A DNA stretch of 32,000 nt from Wolbachia endosymbiont of Litomosoides sigmodontis (GCF_013365435.1 NZ_CP046577.1:540001-572000), one strand, 5' to 3'. Numbered from the stretch's first letter, positions 18,015 to 29,520 are shown. Notes: a model not told the origin generated them from the letters alone. A program made the numbers and translations.

Positions 18015-18719
18015 TTATTCAATAAATTCTTTCCAAAGTGGATTGTCAATTTTATCTAACAATTTCCTATGTTCATTAATTTCTTCATTACTTGGCAAAT
18101 GTTCTCTGCGAGTTAAGTTACATGCTTTATGCTGAATTAATGCAGAGTTATGATCTTGCTTGCATTCATTGTCAAACAGAAAAGTTTGTAGTCCCCCTGT
18201 AAGCTCAACATACACTTTTGCAAGCAATTTAGCATCAGTGAGCGCTCCATGCAATTGTCTATCCTCCAACGATATGTCAAAACGCTTACATAATGCACTT
18301 AAAGAAGCAGGTGACCCTATAAACTTTTTTCTTGCAAGCGGCAATGTATCTAGCACTCTATCCGAAGAAATTAACCCAGCATTCAACTTGCTTAACTCCA
18401 TGTTAAGGAACTTAACATCAAATTCAGCGTTGTGAATTATCAAAATATCACCAGATATGAAGTCAAGAAATTCAAATGCAACATCTGAAAATAACGGTTT
18501 ATCTTTTAAAAATTCCTCACTGAGGCCATGAATTTTAAAAGAGTGATAAGGTATATTTCTTTCTGGGTTAAGATATTTATGAAATATTTTGCCTGTCAGA
18601 ATACGATTAATTAATTCTACACATCCTATTTCAATAATGCGGTGACCTGATTCAATATCAAGGCCAGTTGTTTCAGTATCAAGTACTATTTCACGTAATT
18701 TATTTTTCACATTAAACAA
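18015..18719 (-). CDS. dnaQ: DNA polymerase III epsilon subunit (3'-5' exonuclease)
   Basis: 234 aa with Exo I VLDTETTGL, Exo II IIHNAEFDVKFL and Exo III-epsilon HGALTDAKLLAKVY. The apparent start is TTG, 2 nt after the upstream stop, so the exact start is uncertain. Confidence 0.92.
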   Translation of the reverse strand: MFNVKNKLREIVLDTETTGLDIESGHRIIEIGCVELINRILTGKIFHKYLNPERNIPYHSFKIHGLSEEFLKDKPLFSDVAFEFLDFISGDILIIHNAEFDVKFLNMELSKLNAGLISSDRVLDTLPLARKKFIGSPASLSALCKRFDISLEDRQLHGALTDAKLLAKVYVELTGGLQTFLFDNECKQDHNSALIQHKACNLTRREHLPSNEEINEHRKLLDKIDNPLWKEFIE

Positions 18720-18721
18720 AG

Positions 18722-19378
18722 TTAATCATACTTTTCGTTAATTTTATCATCATCTGCTTTTTTATAATTTATGGAAGTAAGCAACCAGCTTGGGTTTGAT
18801 GAAGTAACATTCTTTTTAAATTGCCACACATCTTCAACTTTATTAATAATGGATGTGCTACCTGATATAATATCTCCCTTGTCATTCTTAGCAAAATTAA
18901 TTTGCTCCGAAAGGAAATATACCGCAATAAATACTACGTTTTTTACTAGTTTTATTTCTAAAATCTTTTGTGAAATGATAGAAACAATTATAGACTCATA
19001 TACTTCTTTACGTTGTTTAATCTTCCCTGCAAGGCTAGCATACAAGTCTTTATCTAAGAGAGGCTTTAACTGAGATAAATTCCCTTGGTTAAAATACTTT
19101 ATTATTAATTCAAAAGCTAAACCTGAACCTTCCATAAAATGGGAAATGGAGAAATCTTTGTTTTTTTGTAATACTTGCTCATAAATAGCTTTTATCGGAT
19201 CTTTATCGTTGCTATCAATATAATCTTCAATATTCTCTACTACATCTTCCTTAATTTGGCTTATATCCAGTACATTAGTCAGTTTCTTTAGGTTGAGGCT
19301 TGTTGATCTCCCGAAAGAATTGTATAAACGTGAAAAAACGAATGCAGCTAGTAAAGCATATATTACGAGTTCTATCAT
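18722..19378 (-). CDS. Tim44-like domain protein
   Basis: 218 aa with an N-terminal TM helix (IELVIYALLAAFVFSRLYNSFGR) and a C-terminal region resembling the alphaproteobacterial Tim44-like domain. It is divergent from secB. Confidence 0.75.
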   Translation of the reverse strand: MIELVIYALLAAFVFSRLYNSFGRSTSLNLKKLTNVLDISQIKEDVVENIEDYIDSNDKDPIKAIYEQVLQKNKDFSISHFMEGSGLAFELIIKYFNQGNLSQLKPLLDKDLYASLAGKIKQRKEVYESIIVSIISQKILEIKLVKNVVFIAVYFLSEQINFAKNDKGDIISGSTSIINKVEDVWQFKKNVTSSNPSWLLTSINYKKADDDKINEKYD

Positions 19379-19545
19379 AGTAACTCAATTCCTTAGTATA
19401 TAAAATACTTTAACATTATTAATTGTTAATTAAAGATGTGCCTATCCTGTACGACTCTATAATTACGTTTGCTATTAACTTGCAAATGTTCTATTGTACA
19501 AGAAAGCATTAAATGCTTCAACTTAATTATAAGGAGATGTAAGAA

Positions 19546-20049
19546 ATGTCACAACAAAAAATGAGAATTCACAGTCAATATATTAAGGATCTATCACTAG
19601 AAAACCCAAATTTACCATTTCTTTCTCCAAAAGAAGTTCCTAATATTAATGTAATGGTCAATATCAATTCAGTAAAACTAGAAGGATCTGAAGGCAAAAA
19701 AGGAGAAAGTGAAGAAAAATCTTTTCATGAAATTACTTTGCATATAGAAGCTAAAGCAATAGTAAAAGATGAAAACATAAAAGATGGTATTGCTTTCATC
19801 TGTGAAACAAAATATTGTGGTATTTTTTCAATAGAAGACTTTGCAGAGTTGAGCGCAGAAGAGGTAAATCGAGCCTTATTTATTGGCGGGCCTACTTTTC
19901 TTTTCCCTTTTGCACGAGAAATAATTGCAAGAGTTACAAGCAGCGGTGGATTTCCCCCACTTATGCTAGATCCTATAGATTTTGAAGCCATGTATGAACA
20001 GCAAAGTCGACGACAAGAAAATAATGCTAGTAATGAAAATTACAGCTGA
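19546..20049 (+). CDS. secB: Protein-export chaperone SecB
   Basis: 167 aa with a SecB-like sequence (YIKDLSLENPN, CGIFSIEDF, LFPFAREIIARVTSSGGFPPLMLDPIDFEAMY). Confidence 0.9.
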   Translation: MSQQKMRIHSQYIKDLSLENPNLPFLSPKEVPNINVMVNINSVKLEGSEGKKGESEEKSFHEITLHIEAKAIVKDENIKDGIAFICETKYCGIFSIEDFAELSAEEVNRALFIGGPTFLFPFAREIIARVTSSGGFPPLMLDPIDFEAMYEQQSRRQENNASNENYS

Positions 20050-20205
20050 TACAACACTATTTTTGTCATTCTAGTGTAAGGTGGTTAATACTGCAGGCTC
20101 ACTATTTTACTGTAATACAGAGGATTTATACAATCATACATATAATATCAGAATGATATTATTGTATGGAATGTACACTTTTTACTTAAATAATGGTTAT
20201 GTAAG

Positions 20206-22818
20206 ATGAGCAATTCTTTAAATTCAAAAACAACTTTAAACATCAGCGGAAAGTCGTATAGCTATTTTAGTCTTAACGCTGCTAGTAAATTTTTAGGGAT
20301 AGACCTAACCAAATTGCCTTGTTCACTTAAAGTATTGCTTGAAAATTTATTGCGTAATGAAGATGGAGTGAACGTAAAGTTAGATGACATAAAAACACTA
20401 GCAAATTGTGTCAAGAAACACGTGGACTACGAAATTAGCTATAAACCAGCAAGAGTATTGATGCAAGATTTCACAGGAATTCCTGCCATTGTTGATTTAG
20501 CTTCAATGCGCAGTTACGTCAAGAAAAATGGGGGCGATCCAAGTAAAATCAATCCATCTGTACCTGTTGATCTTGTAATAGATCATTCCGTTCAAGTAGA
20601 TAGTTATGGAAATACTTCCGCATTTGGTGAAAACATTAAATTGGAAATAAAAAGAAATTTAGAGAGATATCAATTTTTAAAGTGGGGAGAATTATCGTTC
20701 AAAAATTTTAGAGTAGTGCCACCAGGTACAGGAATTTGTCACCAAGTGAACCTAGAATATTTAGCGCAAGTTGTATGTAACGAAAGTGGAGTTGCTTACC
20801 CTGATACTTTGGTAGGTACAGATAGCCACACTACAATGGTTAATGGTTTATCGGTTCTTGGTTGGGGTGTTGGTGGAATAGAAGCTGAGTCCGTAATGCT
20901 TGGACAAGCGATTAGCATGGTAATTCCAGAGGTAATAGGGTTTAAATTAATAGGAAAGCTCCCAGAGGGAACAACTGCAACTGACTTAGTGCTAACAATT
21001 ACAAATATCTTAAGAGTAAAGGGCGTTGTTGGCAAGTTTGTAGAATTTTATGGTGATGGTTTAGATTGCTTAACCTTGGCAGATAGAGCAACTATAGCCA
21101 ACATGGCTCCAGAATATGGAGCAACCTGTGGATTTTTCCCCATCGATCAGGAAACACTAAATTATTTAAGTTTAACAGGAAGACCAGAAGAGTTAATCAG
21201 GTTAGTTGAAGCTTATGCAAAAGAGCAAGGACTGTGGCGCAGCAGCGAAGAATTAGCGTTTTTTAACACATTGGAGCTTGACTTATCAAGTGTGGAGCCA
21301 GTAATAGCAGGTCCCAAGAGACCACAAGACAAGATTTCTCTCTCACAAGTAGTAAAGTCTTTACCTACATCATTTTCAGTTAATGAATCGAAGGAAAAAA
21401 ATGATAAGCTTCAAGATGAAAGCGTAGTTATCGCTGCGATAACAAGCTGTACCAATACTTCAAATCCAAGTTTAATGATTGCTGCTGGTCTTATAGCACG
21501 TAATGCAACAAAACTTGGAATAAAATCAAAACCTTGGGTTAAAACCTCTCTTGCTCCTGGATCACAAGTTGTAACAGAATATTTAGAAAAATCAGGATTA
21601 CAGAAAGATCTAAATACTCTAGGCTTTAACTTGGTAGGATATGGTTGCACAACTTGTATTGGAAATACTGGTCCACTTAATAAAGATATAGAGGATGATA
21701 TTAAAAGCAAAAATTTAACTGTTGCTGCGGTTTTATCTGGTAATCGTAATTTTGAAGGAAGAATCCATCCTTTAGTTAAAGCTAATTACTTAGCATCTCC
21801 TCCACTTGTTGTTGTGTATGCACTTGCAGGTACTGTACGAATTGATCTAACAAAAGATTCTATATGCAAAGACAAAAATGGAAATAACATTTATCTCAAA
21901 GACATATGGCCAACGAACAATGAAATCGAGGATTACGTTAAAAGTACTGTAACCCGTGAAATATTTATACAAAAGTATAAGGATGTTTTTTCTGGTAACG
22001 AACATTGGCAAAAGATAAAGTGCGAGAAGAGTGAAACTTACAACTGGGATACGAAAAGTACTTACATACAGAATCCTCCTTATTTTAATGATTTATTAAC
22101 TAAAAATAATGAAGATAATATAATTAACATAAAAAATGCACGAGTATTAGCAATATTTGGTGATGGTATAACCACAGACCACATCTCCCCTGCTGGAAAT
22201 ATTGCCTCAAATAGTCCTGCAGGTATATATTTAAAAAATCTTGGAATTGAATCACAAGATTTCAACTCATATGGGTCTCGTCGTGGCAATCACAATGTAA
22301 TGATACGTGGAACCTTTGCTAATATCAGAATAAAAAACGAAATGATTAGTAATGAAGGAGGATATACAAAACATATCCCTTCTCAAGAGACTATGTCAAT
22401 TTTTGACGCAGCAATACGCTACAAGGAAGAATCCGTTCTATTAGTTGTTATTGCAGGAAAAGAATATGGCACAGGCTCAAGCAGAGATTGGGCAGCAAAG
22501 GGCACTTTATTACTAGGAATTAAAGCTGTGATTGCAGAGAGCTTCGAACGCATACACAGATCAAATTTGATCGGCATGGGTGTTCTTCCGCTTATATTTC
22601 AAAGCGGAGTAACTAGAAAGATATTTAATAGCAGTGAAATCATAAGTATAAAGGGTAAAATAGTGCCAAACGGAAATCTAGAGTGTATCATTAAAAGAAA
22701 AGATAATGTAAGTCAATCAATTCAATTAAAGTGCTGTGTACAAACTACAACTGAGGTAAAATATTTAATGAGCGGTGGAGTATTAAGTTACATACTTGCA
22801 CAGTCCATATTAACTTAG
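20206..22818 (+). CDS. acnA: Aconitate hydratase A
   Basis: 870 aa. Fe-S cluster cysteine contexts are ITSCTNTSNP and GCTTCIGN. Other aconitase blocks are VGTDSHTTM, SGNRNFEGR and GSSRDWAAKG. Confidence 0.97.
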   Translation: MSNSLNSKTTLNISGKSYSYFSLNAASKFLGIDLTKLPCSLKVLLENLLRNEDGVNVKLDDIKTLANCVKKHVDYEISYKPARVLMQDFTGIPAIVDLASMRSYVKKNGGDPSKINPSVPVDLVIDHSVQVDSYGNTSAFGENIKLEIKRNLERYQFLKWGELSFKNFRVVPPGTGICHQVNLEYLAQVVCNESGVAYPDTLVGTDSHTTMVNGLSVLGWGVGGIEAESVMLGQAISMVIPEVIGFKLIGKLPEGTTATDLVLTITNILRVKGVVGKFVEFYGDGLDCLTLADRATIANMAPEYGATCGFFPIDQETLNYLSLTGRPEELIRLVEAYAKEQGLWRSSEELAFFNTLELDLSSVEPVIAGPKRPQDKISLSQVVKSLPTSFSVNESKEKNDKLQDESVVIAAITSCTNTSNPSLMIAAGLIARNATKLGIKSKPWVKTSLAPGSQVVTEYLEKSGLQKDLNTLGFNLVGYGCTTCIGNTGPLNKDIEDDIKSKNLTVAAVLSGNRNFEGRIHPLVKANYLASPPLVVVYALAGTVRIDLTKDSICKDKNGNNIYLKDIWPTNNEIEDYVKSTVTREIFIQKYKDVFSGNEHWQKIKCEKSETYNWDTKSTYIQNPPYFNDLLTKNNEDNIINIKNARVLAIFGDGITTDHISPAGNIASNSPAGIYLKNLGIESQDFNSYGSRRGNHNVMIRGTFANIRIKNEMISNEGGYTKHIPSQETMSIFDAAIRYKEESVLLVVIAGKEYGTGSSRDWAAKGTLLLGIKAVIAESFERIHRSNLIGMGVLPLIFQSGVTRKIFNSSEIISIKGKIVPNGNLECIIKRKDNVSQSIQLKCCVQTTTEVKYLMSGGVLSYILAQSILT

Positions 22819-22979
22819 TTAAATTATCACAATAAATACTAGGCTTTTTTTAGTAAGTTCTGGCTCTTTATTGGCTCTTAATATACTACTTCTTAATATA
22901 AATAATAATTTATTCTACACGAAGTTATGGTATAATTTTACCTTACACATAGTAAAGGGTGTTTTGTAGATAATTATAT

Positions 22980-25900
22980 ATGATCAGCTCTATACAAGAA
23001 CCTAATGAATTAAGAAAACGTTTACAGGGGTTTTATCGTACTGATGAAAAAAGCTATGCACGTTATCTTGTAGAAAAAATAGAGCTTTCTGCTGATTCGA
23101 AAAACAGGATTTACAATGTTGCAAAACAAGTTGTTGAAAAAATCAAAGGCAGCAAATTGGATGTCGTAGATTCTTTTATGCAGCAGTACTCGCTTTCTAA
23201 TGACGAAGGAATAGCGTTAATGTGCCTTGCTGAGTCACTACTTAGAATACCAGATGATTATACAATAGATGAACTAATCAAAGATAAAATTACTAATCAA
23301 GAATGGGGTAAATACTTAGGGCGTTCTTCTTCATTATTTGTTAATGCTTCAACATGGAGCTTAATGATAGGAAGTAGTATATTAAGAGCCAATGAAGAAG
23401 ATCCAAAATTCTATCACGTAATTTCCAGATTACTTAAAAACTTGGGAGAGCCAATAATTCGCAAAGCAGTGAAGCAAGCAATGCTAATGCTTGGTAAGCA
23501 TTTTATTGTTGGAGAAACTATAGAAGAAGCATTAGAAAGCATAAGTTCGGATAGCCATAGCAAATTTTTATACTCTTTCAGTATACTTGGTGAAACCACC
23601 CACACAGCTGAGAATGCAGAAGAATATTTTAATTCATATATGCATGCAATAAAAGCTATAGGTGAATCCACTGACACAAGTGATTGCTTTAAGTCACATG
23701 GAATTTCAATCAAGTTGTCTTCATTGCATCCGCGTTATGAATTCTGTCAATTCGGTAATATAGCCGAAGAGCTGAGGAATAAAGTATTAGAACTTTGTCA
23801 TGAAGCAAAAAAGTACAATATTTCATTGTGTATAGATGCAGAAGAGTCAGAAAGACTTGAGATGTCATTAGTTTTATTTGAGCAATTGCGCCTTGATGAA
23901 TCACTTTCACAGTGGGAAGGACTTGGCTTGGCTGTTCAAGCATATCAAAAACGTGCTTTATCTGTCCTTGACTTTGTTGAGGATATTGCTATTCGATCAA
24001 AGCATAAAATTATGGTAAGACTTGTGAAAGGAGCATATTGGGACTCAGAGATCAAACGCACACAAGAATTAGGGTTAAGTAGTTACCCAGTGTTTACTAG
24101 AAAAAGCTATACTGACGTATGCTACCTTGCCTGTGCCCAGAAACTTTTGAGCAAAGCAAGCCACTTTTATCCATGTTTTGGAACTCATAATGCTTATACT
24201 TTTGCTACTATAGTAGAGCTCGCTGATAAAAATCATCCTGGATTTGAGTTCCAACGCTTACACGGAATGGGTAAGAATTTATATAGTTATGCAATGTCAG
24301 AACTTGTAACAAGTATCAATTGTCGTATATACGCGCCGGTTGGTAAATATAGTGATTTATTGCCATACCTTATCAGACGCCTTCTTGAAAACGGAGCTAA
24401 TAGCTCACTTGTTAACCAAACAAATGATTCTGATGTTAAAATTGAGGAATTAGTTTCAGATCCATTAGAAAAGGCTAAAAGCTTAGAGTATGAACCTCAC
24501 TCAAATATCCCATTGCCACAAGATATTTTTGGAGAAGAAAGAAAGAATTCCTTAGGAATGGATATTGGCGATTCAGTTACAGTTTCACAATTTGCAAATG
24601 ATATAAAAGAATTGAGTGAAAAGAAATGGCAAGTTGGACCAATAATTAATGGAAAATCACTATTTGATAGTGCTAAGTTTACCGAAGTGGTTAACCCAGC
24701 ACACTTGGAAAACGTAATTGGGGAAGTGTCAAATACAATGAGCGATCAGGCTTTAAATGCTCTTGAAGTAGCTCATAGTGCCTTTATTAAATGGCAGAAT
24801 GTTTCAGCAGAAAAGCGTGCTGAGCATCTTGAAAAAGCTGCAGATTTACTTGAAAAAAAGATGAAAGAATTGATTTACATTCTGATCGTGGAGGCAGGGA
24901 AAGTTCTATCTGACGCAATAGCAGAAGTAAGAAAAGCGGTAGATTTTTTGCGTTATTATGCAATAATAGCAAAAAATGAACTGAATAATTGGAAAAAGCT
25001 GCCTGGCACAACAGGCGAAGATAACTTCATCTTTTTTGAGGGTAGAGGGGTTTTTTTATGCATATCACCGTGGAATTTTCCACTTGCTATCTTCATTGGG
25101 CAAGTTTCGGCTGCACTTGTAGCAGGTAATGCAGTACTGGCAAAACCAGCAGAGCAAACGCCAATTATTGCTTATGAAGCTGTTAAAGTATTACACGAAG
25201 CTGGAATACCAAAAGATATACTGCATCTTATCCCAGGAGATGGTCAATACTTAGGTAAAATACTAGTGCCAGATAATAGAATCTCTGGTGTAGCTTTTAC
25301 TGGTTCAACACAAACTGCTCAAATAATTAATAGAATGCTTGCTAGCAGGAATGGGCCTATTGTGCCATTTATTGCTGAAACTAGCGGATTAAATGCTATG
25401 ATTATTGACAGCTCTGCTCTCTTGGGGCAAGTAACTATAGATGTTCTATTTTCTGCATTTCGCAGCGCTGGCCAACGTTGTTCTGCGCTTAGAGTGCTAT
25501 TTATTCAAGAAGAGATAGCAGAAAAACAGATAAAAATGATATGTGATGCAGCTCAAGAACTAAAGGTTGGCGATCCAATACAACTTAGCACTGATATTGG
25601 TCCAATAATCGACAAAACATCTATTGATGCACTGACTAAATATACGGAAAAAATGTCAGAGGATAGAGATTCAAGCCTTTTATCCAAAGTACCTATGGAT
25701 ACAAATTCTTATAACGGTCATTTCTTTTCTCCATATATTTATGAGATACAAAAAATTTCGCAATTAAAACAAGAGGCGTTTGGCCCTATTTTGCACATCA
25801 TACGTTTTAATAAGTTTCAATTAAATGAAGTTGTAAGTGATATAAATAACACAGGGTATGGGCTTACTTTTTCTTTGCAGAGTCGCATACAAAATCAAAT

Positions 25901-26120
25901 CGATTCAATAAGCAAAAAAATATCAGTTGGAAATGTATACATCAATCGCAATCAAATAGGTGCAACAGTTGGAGTGCAACCATTTGGTGGTAGAGGACTA
26001 TCCGGCACTGGACCAAAAGCTGGAGGTCCTCATTATTTGCAACGTTTCTCTACAGAAAAGGTTGTAAGTATAAACACTGCAGCATTTGGCGGTAATACTA
26101 AACTTATGTGCTTAGACTGA
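22980..26120 (+). CDS. putA: Bifunctional proline dehydrogenase / 1-pyrroline-5-carboxylate dehydrogenase PutA
   Basis: 1046 aa. The N-terminal half is PRODH-like (VRLVKGAYWD, YLIRRLLENGANSS). The C-terminal half is an aldehyde dehydrogenase (FTGSTQTA, ETSGLNAMIID, catalytic Cys in GQRCSALR). Confidence 0.96.
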   Translation: MISSIQEPNELRKRLQGFYRTDEKSYARYLVEKIELSADSKNRIYNVAKQVVEKIKGSKLDVVDSFMQQYSLSNDEGIALMCLAESLLRIPDDYTIDELIKDKITNQEWGKYLGRSSSLFVNASTWSLMIGSSILRANEEDPKFYHVISRLLKNLGEPIIRKAVKQAMLMLGKHFIVGETIEEALESISSDSHSKFLYSFSILGETTHTAENAEEYFNSYMHAIKAIGESTDTSDCFKSHGISIKLSSLHPRYEFCQFGNIAEELRNKVLELCHEAKKYNISLCIDAEESERLEMSLVLFEQLRLDESLSQWEGLGLAVQAYQKRALSVLDFVEDIAIRSKHKIMVRLVKGAYWDSEIKRTQELGLSSYPVFTRKSYTDVCYLACAQKLLSKASHFYPCFGTHNAYTFATIVELADKNHPGFEFQRLHGMGKNLYSYAMSELVTSINCRIYAPVGKYSDLLPYLIRRLLENGANSSLVNQTNDSDVKIEELVSDPLEKAKSLEYEPHSNIPLPQDIFGEERKNSLGMDIGDSVTVSQFANDIKELSEKKWQVGPIINGKSLFDSAKFTEVVNPAHLENVIGEVSNTMSDQALNALEVAHSAFIKWQNVSAEKRAEHLEKAADLLEKKMKELIYILIVEAGKVLSDAIAEVRKAVDFLRYYAIIAKNELNNWKKLPGTTGEDNFIFFEGRGVFLCISPWNFPLAIFIGQVSAALVAGNAVLAKPAEQTPIIAYEAVKVLHEAGIPKDILHLIPGDGQYLGKILVPDNRISGVAFTGSTQTAQIINRMLASRNGPIVPFIAETSGLNAMIIDSSALLGQVTIDVLFSAFRSAGQRCSALRVLFIQEEIAEKQIKMICDAAQELKVGDPIQLSTDIGPIIDKTSIDALTKYTEKMSEDRDSSLLSKVPMDTNSYNGHFFSPYIYEIQKISQLKQEAFGPILHIIRFNKFQLNEVVSDINNTGYGLTFSLQSRIQNQIDSISKKISVGNVYINRNQIGATVGVQPFGGRGLSGTGPKAGGPHYLQRFSTEKVVSINTAAFGGNTKLMCLD

Positions 26121-26454
26121 TTCACACAGATACCTTTTTTCTTTTTAGAACAAGCTACCTAGCAGTACAACACTAAAGATACAAAAATCACTTGACAAAT
26201 TTCGTCATCCCTCTTACTAAGAGGAGAGGTACTAGAGCTAATTATTTGTCTTCTTTGTACAGATTAAACGACAAAAAAATTCATAATATATCTGGCTTCT
26301 CATGTTTAATTCTTGTACTACGTATACCTCATGTTTTTTGTATTATTGTCTACATTACCAACTAGTGCTGTAAACCACACCATATTAGACGCTTAAAAAT
26401 ATTTTTAAAAACGCCAACTAATATAAAGTGGTAATGAATAATTAGCTATTGTGT

Positions 26455-26995
26455 AGTTTCTTTACATCTTTTTTCTATTTATACCAATTCTCATTATTAG
26501 TGAGTCAAACAAGTGACATTGCGGAGTTGAGAAAGGGAGGTAATAAAACTTGTACGAATCTCCCTTAAGAAAAAGGCTTCCCATGTCCTTAAATGTTGTA
26601 ACATTTATTCTAAGCTAGAACTCTCTCCATTTTCAGGATTAACTGGCTATTTTATCCATGCAATTAGGCTATTCTTAAAATAGAACATATTTTTACTATA
26701 GCCGTGTTATACTGTACTCTCTGATGCAATTAGAGCCTTAGTTTTCTTTTGCAACACATATATTATTTTGTAATTCCTTAATTTTGATTTCAACGCCACT
26801 TAAACCTTGCTATTTTACTTACTTCAGTATGGAGCTTCTTTTCATCTATTGTCTCTCTATCCTTCATACAGGAGTTATTCATCTTTGATGAACGCAATTT
26901 GGCACACATTAATTGTGTAAATATATTTCTTGAACAAATATCACAATATTTAAGAACAAGAAAAGCCTTTTTTACCATAGATTGTACAAGTAAGA
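26455..26995. mobile_element. Composite of IS630-type relic pieces in both orientations
   Basis: 26455-26720 is the reverse strand of the transposase C-terminal region (collinear with 14232-14440 and 7011-7100). 26786-26850 is the 'B' segment. 26870-26990 is the forward-strand mid region (ttattcatctttgatgaac ... atcacaatatttaagaacaagaaaagcc, compare 16918-17100). Track ORF 26790-26978 is an artefact of this. Confidence 0.5.
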
Positions 26996-27314
26996 GACTT
27001 TGCTTATATATAAATAAGCATTAAGATAACTCTGCTATTCTCCATCTAGACTTTTACAGAGTTTTAAATATTGCAAACATATAAGGATATACATAATGCA
27101 CAAAATAAAACATAAGACATTAACTACTTAATACTTTGTCATTTGCCTGCACAAACTGAAGGTAATTAAATGCTTTCATTTTTATACTTTTTAGGTAATC
27201 TAAGAAGTTTATCAAGTAGTTTTTTTAACGTGCTGCCAAAAGCTTGTTATGCAAGAAACCCTATAAATCTGGTACCCTAATAATTATATCTACATTAATT
27301 TTGGTGTACATGAC

Positions 27315-27343
27315 CTTGAAAGATCATAGTCCAATACTTAAAT
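27315..27343 (+). promoter_or_regulatory. Candidate RpoH (sigma-32)-type heat-shock promoter upstream of htpG
   Basis: CTTGAAA at 27315-27321, an 18-nt spacer after CTTG, then CTTAAAT at 27337-27343. The alphaproteobacterial RpoH consensus is CTTG-N17-18-CYTATNT. It ends 24 nt before the htpG ATG. Confidence 0.3.
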
Positions 27344-27366
27344 CATTAGGATAGTAGGCAAAAATA

Positions 27367-29277
27367 ATGGAGCTTGAAATGCATAACATAAAAGGAACTG
27401 AAAATTTAAAATTTGATGCTGAAGTAGGAAAAGTACTGAACATAGTAATTCACTCACTCTATACTAATAAAGATATTTTTCTACGTGAATTGGTGTCAAA
27501 TGCATCAGATGCATGCGACAAATTGCGCTATGAATCTCAACTAAACCCCAATTTACTAGATTCAAGTAGTAAATTAAAAATCACTATTAGTTCTAATAAA
27601 GACGAGAATGAGCTGTACATAATTGACAATGGAATCGGAATGAACAGACAGGATTTAATAGATAATCTCGGTACAATTGCAAGCTCTGGTACACAAAAAT
27701 TCTTGGATGCAATTAAAAATAGTAAAGATTCAAGTCAAACTTTAGAGCTGATCGGAAAATTTGGTGTCGGTTTTTACTCAAGCTTCATGGTCGCCTCGGA
27801 GGTGATAGTTGAATCTCGAAAAGCAGGAGAAGAGGAATCTTGGGTCTGGAGATCTACAGGAAATGGAGAATACTCGATCAGTAAATTGGATCATCAAATT
27901 TCTTGCGGAACGAAAATTACCTTGGTTATACGTCCTGAAGAAAATGAGTTTCTAGACAAGTTTCGCATTGAAAACATTGTTACTACCTATTCAGATCACA
28001 TAAATTTTCCTGTTGAATTTATAGATGAAGAAGGAAAATGTGAAAAATTAAACAACAAGCCTGCAATTTGGACTAAGCCGAAAAATGATATTACTCAAGA
28101 AGAACATAATAATTTTTTCCGTGGCGTTGCACATGTTGGCGGAGAACCTTGGATGATATTGCATAATAAAAATGAAGGAGCAATAGAATATATAAATTTG
28201 CTCTATGTTCCCTCTATTAAACCCTTCGATTTGTTTCACCCAGATAGACGTTGCTCTGTAAAATTATATGTAAACAAGGTGTTTATTACTGAAGATAATG
28301 TACAAATCATACCACAGTACTTGCGTTTTCTGAAAGGTGTTGTTGATTCACCAGACTTGCCTCTTAATATCAGTAGAGAAACGCTGCAGAATAACCGTGT
28401 TGTTGAGCAAATTAGAAAATCCCTTACTAAGCGGGTAATATCAGAGCTTAGCAAAAAGGCAAAAGAGAATTTAGAGGAATACACGAAATTCTGGATTAAT
28501 TTTGGCGCGGTACTAAAAGAAGGTCTCTGTGAAGCTATGCCAACTGACGAAAGAGAAGCGCTGCTCTCAATTTGCAGATTTTATAGTACTGATGATGAGA
28601 AACTAGTTAGTATTGACGACTACATAAGCAGAATGAAGCCTGAGCAAGAGTATGTCTATTATCTAACTGGAAATAGCCTAGATTCAGTAAAAAATAGTCC
28701 ACAACTTGAAGGATTTATTACCAAAGGATTAGAGGTTCTTCTGTTCGTCGATCCAGTAGACGACTTTTGGACTAGTGTAATTTATGAATATAAAGGTCAA
28801 AAATTTAAGTCTGTGACTCGCTCAGATGTTGACTTAGAAAAATTCTCTTCAGGGAAAAAGGATGAAGAGAATAAGTCAGATGAAGAAAGGGCTGAGGAGA
28901 ATACGGATTCTATAGTGCAATATTTCACTAAAGTTCTTGGCAATACAGTGAAAAGCGTAAAAATTTCTAAAAAATTGACTGATAGTCCTGTATGTCTAGC
29001 AGTTGATGAAGGTGCTATGGATCTTAGAATGGAGCGTCTTTTACGTGAACAAAAGCAGCTAAATTACCGCACGCCAAAGGTGTTTGAGATTAACACTAAG
29101 CATCCTGTAATAAAAAGCATAATAAAATCTTACACTGAGAGTGGTGAGAACCAAACATTAGAAGATATGGTCCATCTATTATTCTATCAAGCTTGCATAA
29201 TGGAAGGAGAAGAGATGGATGATGCAAGCCTATTTGCTAAAAAGTTAAATAACTTGCTTGGCAAAGTTATAATTTAG
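27367..29277 (+). CDS. htpG: Molecular chaperone HtpG (Hsp90)
   Basis: 636 aa with the GHKL ATPase motifs [22 protein letters not shown] and GKFGVGFYS. The middle and C-terminal domains are collinear with Hsp90. An alternative start is the in-frame ATG at 27379. Confidence 0.96.
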   Translation: MELEMHNIKGTENLKFDAEVGKVLNIVIHSLYTNKDIFLRELVSNASDACDKLRYESQLNPNLLDSSSKLKITISSNKDENELYIIDNGIGMNRQDLIDNLGTIASSGTQKFLDAIKNSKDSSQTLELIGKFGVGFYSSFMVASEVIVESRKAGEEESWVWRSTGNGEYSISKLDHQISCGTKITLVIRPEENEFLDKFRIENIVTTYSDHINFPVEFIDEEGKCEKLNNKPAIWTKPKNDITQEEHNNFFRGVAHVGGEPWMILHNKNEGAIEYINLLYVPSIKPFDLFHPDRRCSVKLYVNKVFITEDNVQIIPQYLRFLKGVVDSPDLPLNISRETLQNNRVVEQIRKSLTKRVISELSKKAKENLEEYTKFWINFGAVLKEGLCEAMPTDEREALLSICRFYSTDDEKLVSIDDYISRMKPEQEYVYYLTGNSLDSVKNSPQLEGFITKGLEVLLFVDPVDDFWTSVIYEYKGQKFKSVTRSDVDLEKFSSGKKDEENKSDEERAEENTDSIVQYFTKVLGNTVKSVKISKKLTDSPVCLAVDEGAMDLRMERLLREQKQLNYRTPKVFEINTKHPVIKSIIKSYTESGENQTLEDMVHLLFYQACIMEGEEMDDASLFAKKLNNLLGKVII

Positions 29278-29520
29278 TGAATGATAAATATGGCTAATCA
29301 AACAGATTTTCTTAATATATGAACGATCAATCTAATCAAGGTTTAGCTGGGCAAATAATAGATAAAGAGCATGTTCTCAGGTTGTACAGTGAAAATAATT
29401 ACTTGCTTCTAAGTGAAAGCAAAGACTAACGTCTATTTGCCAAGAGAGTTCTTACAAGAATGTTTAAATATACTAAAGCAGAAGTTCTAATGACTGTATA
29501 TTGGAGGAATTAATTACTAA

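Noticed and set aside
26196-26222. Stem-loop cctctt-act-aagagg ~80 nt after putA, as a terminator
   Set aside because: The stem is only 6 bp, there is no following T-tract, and it is too far from the stop codon to call.
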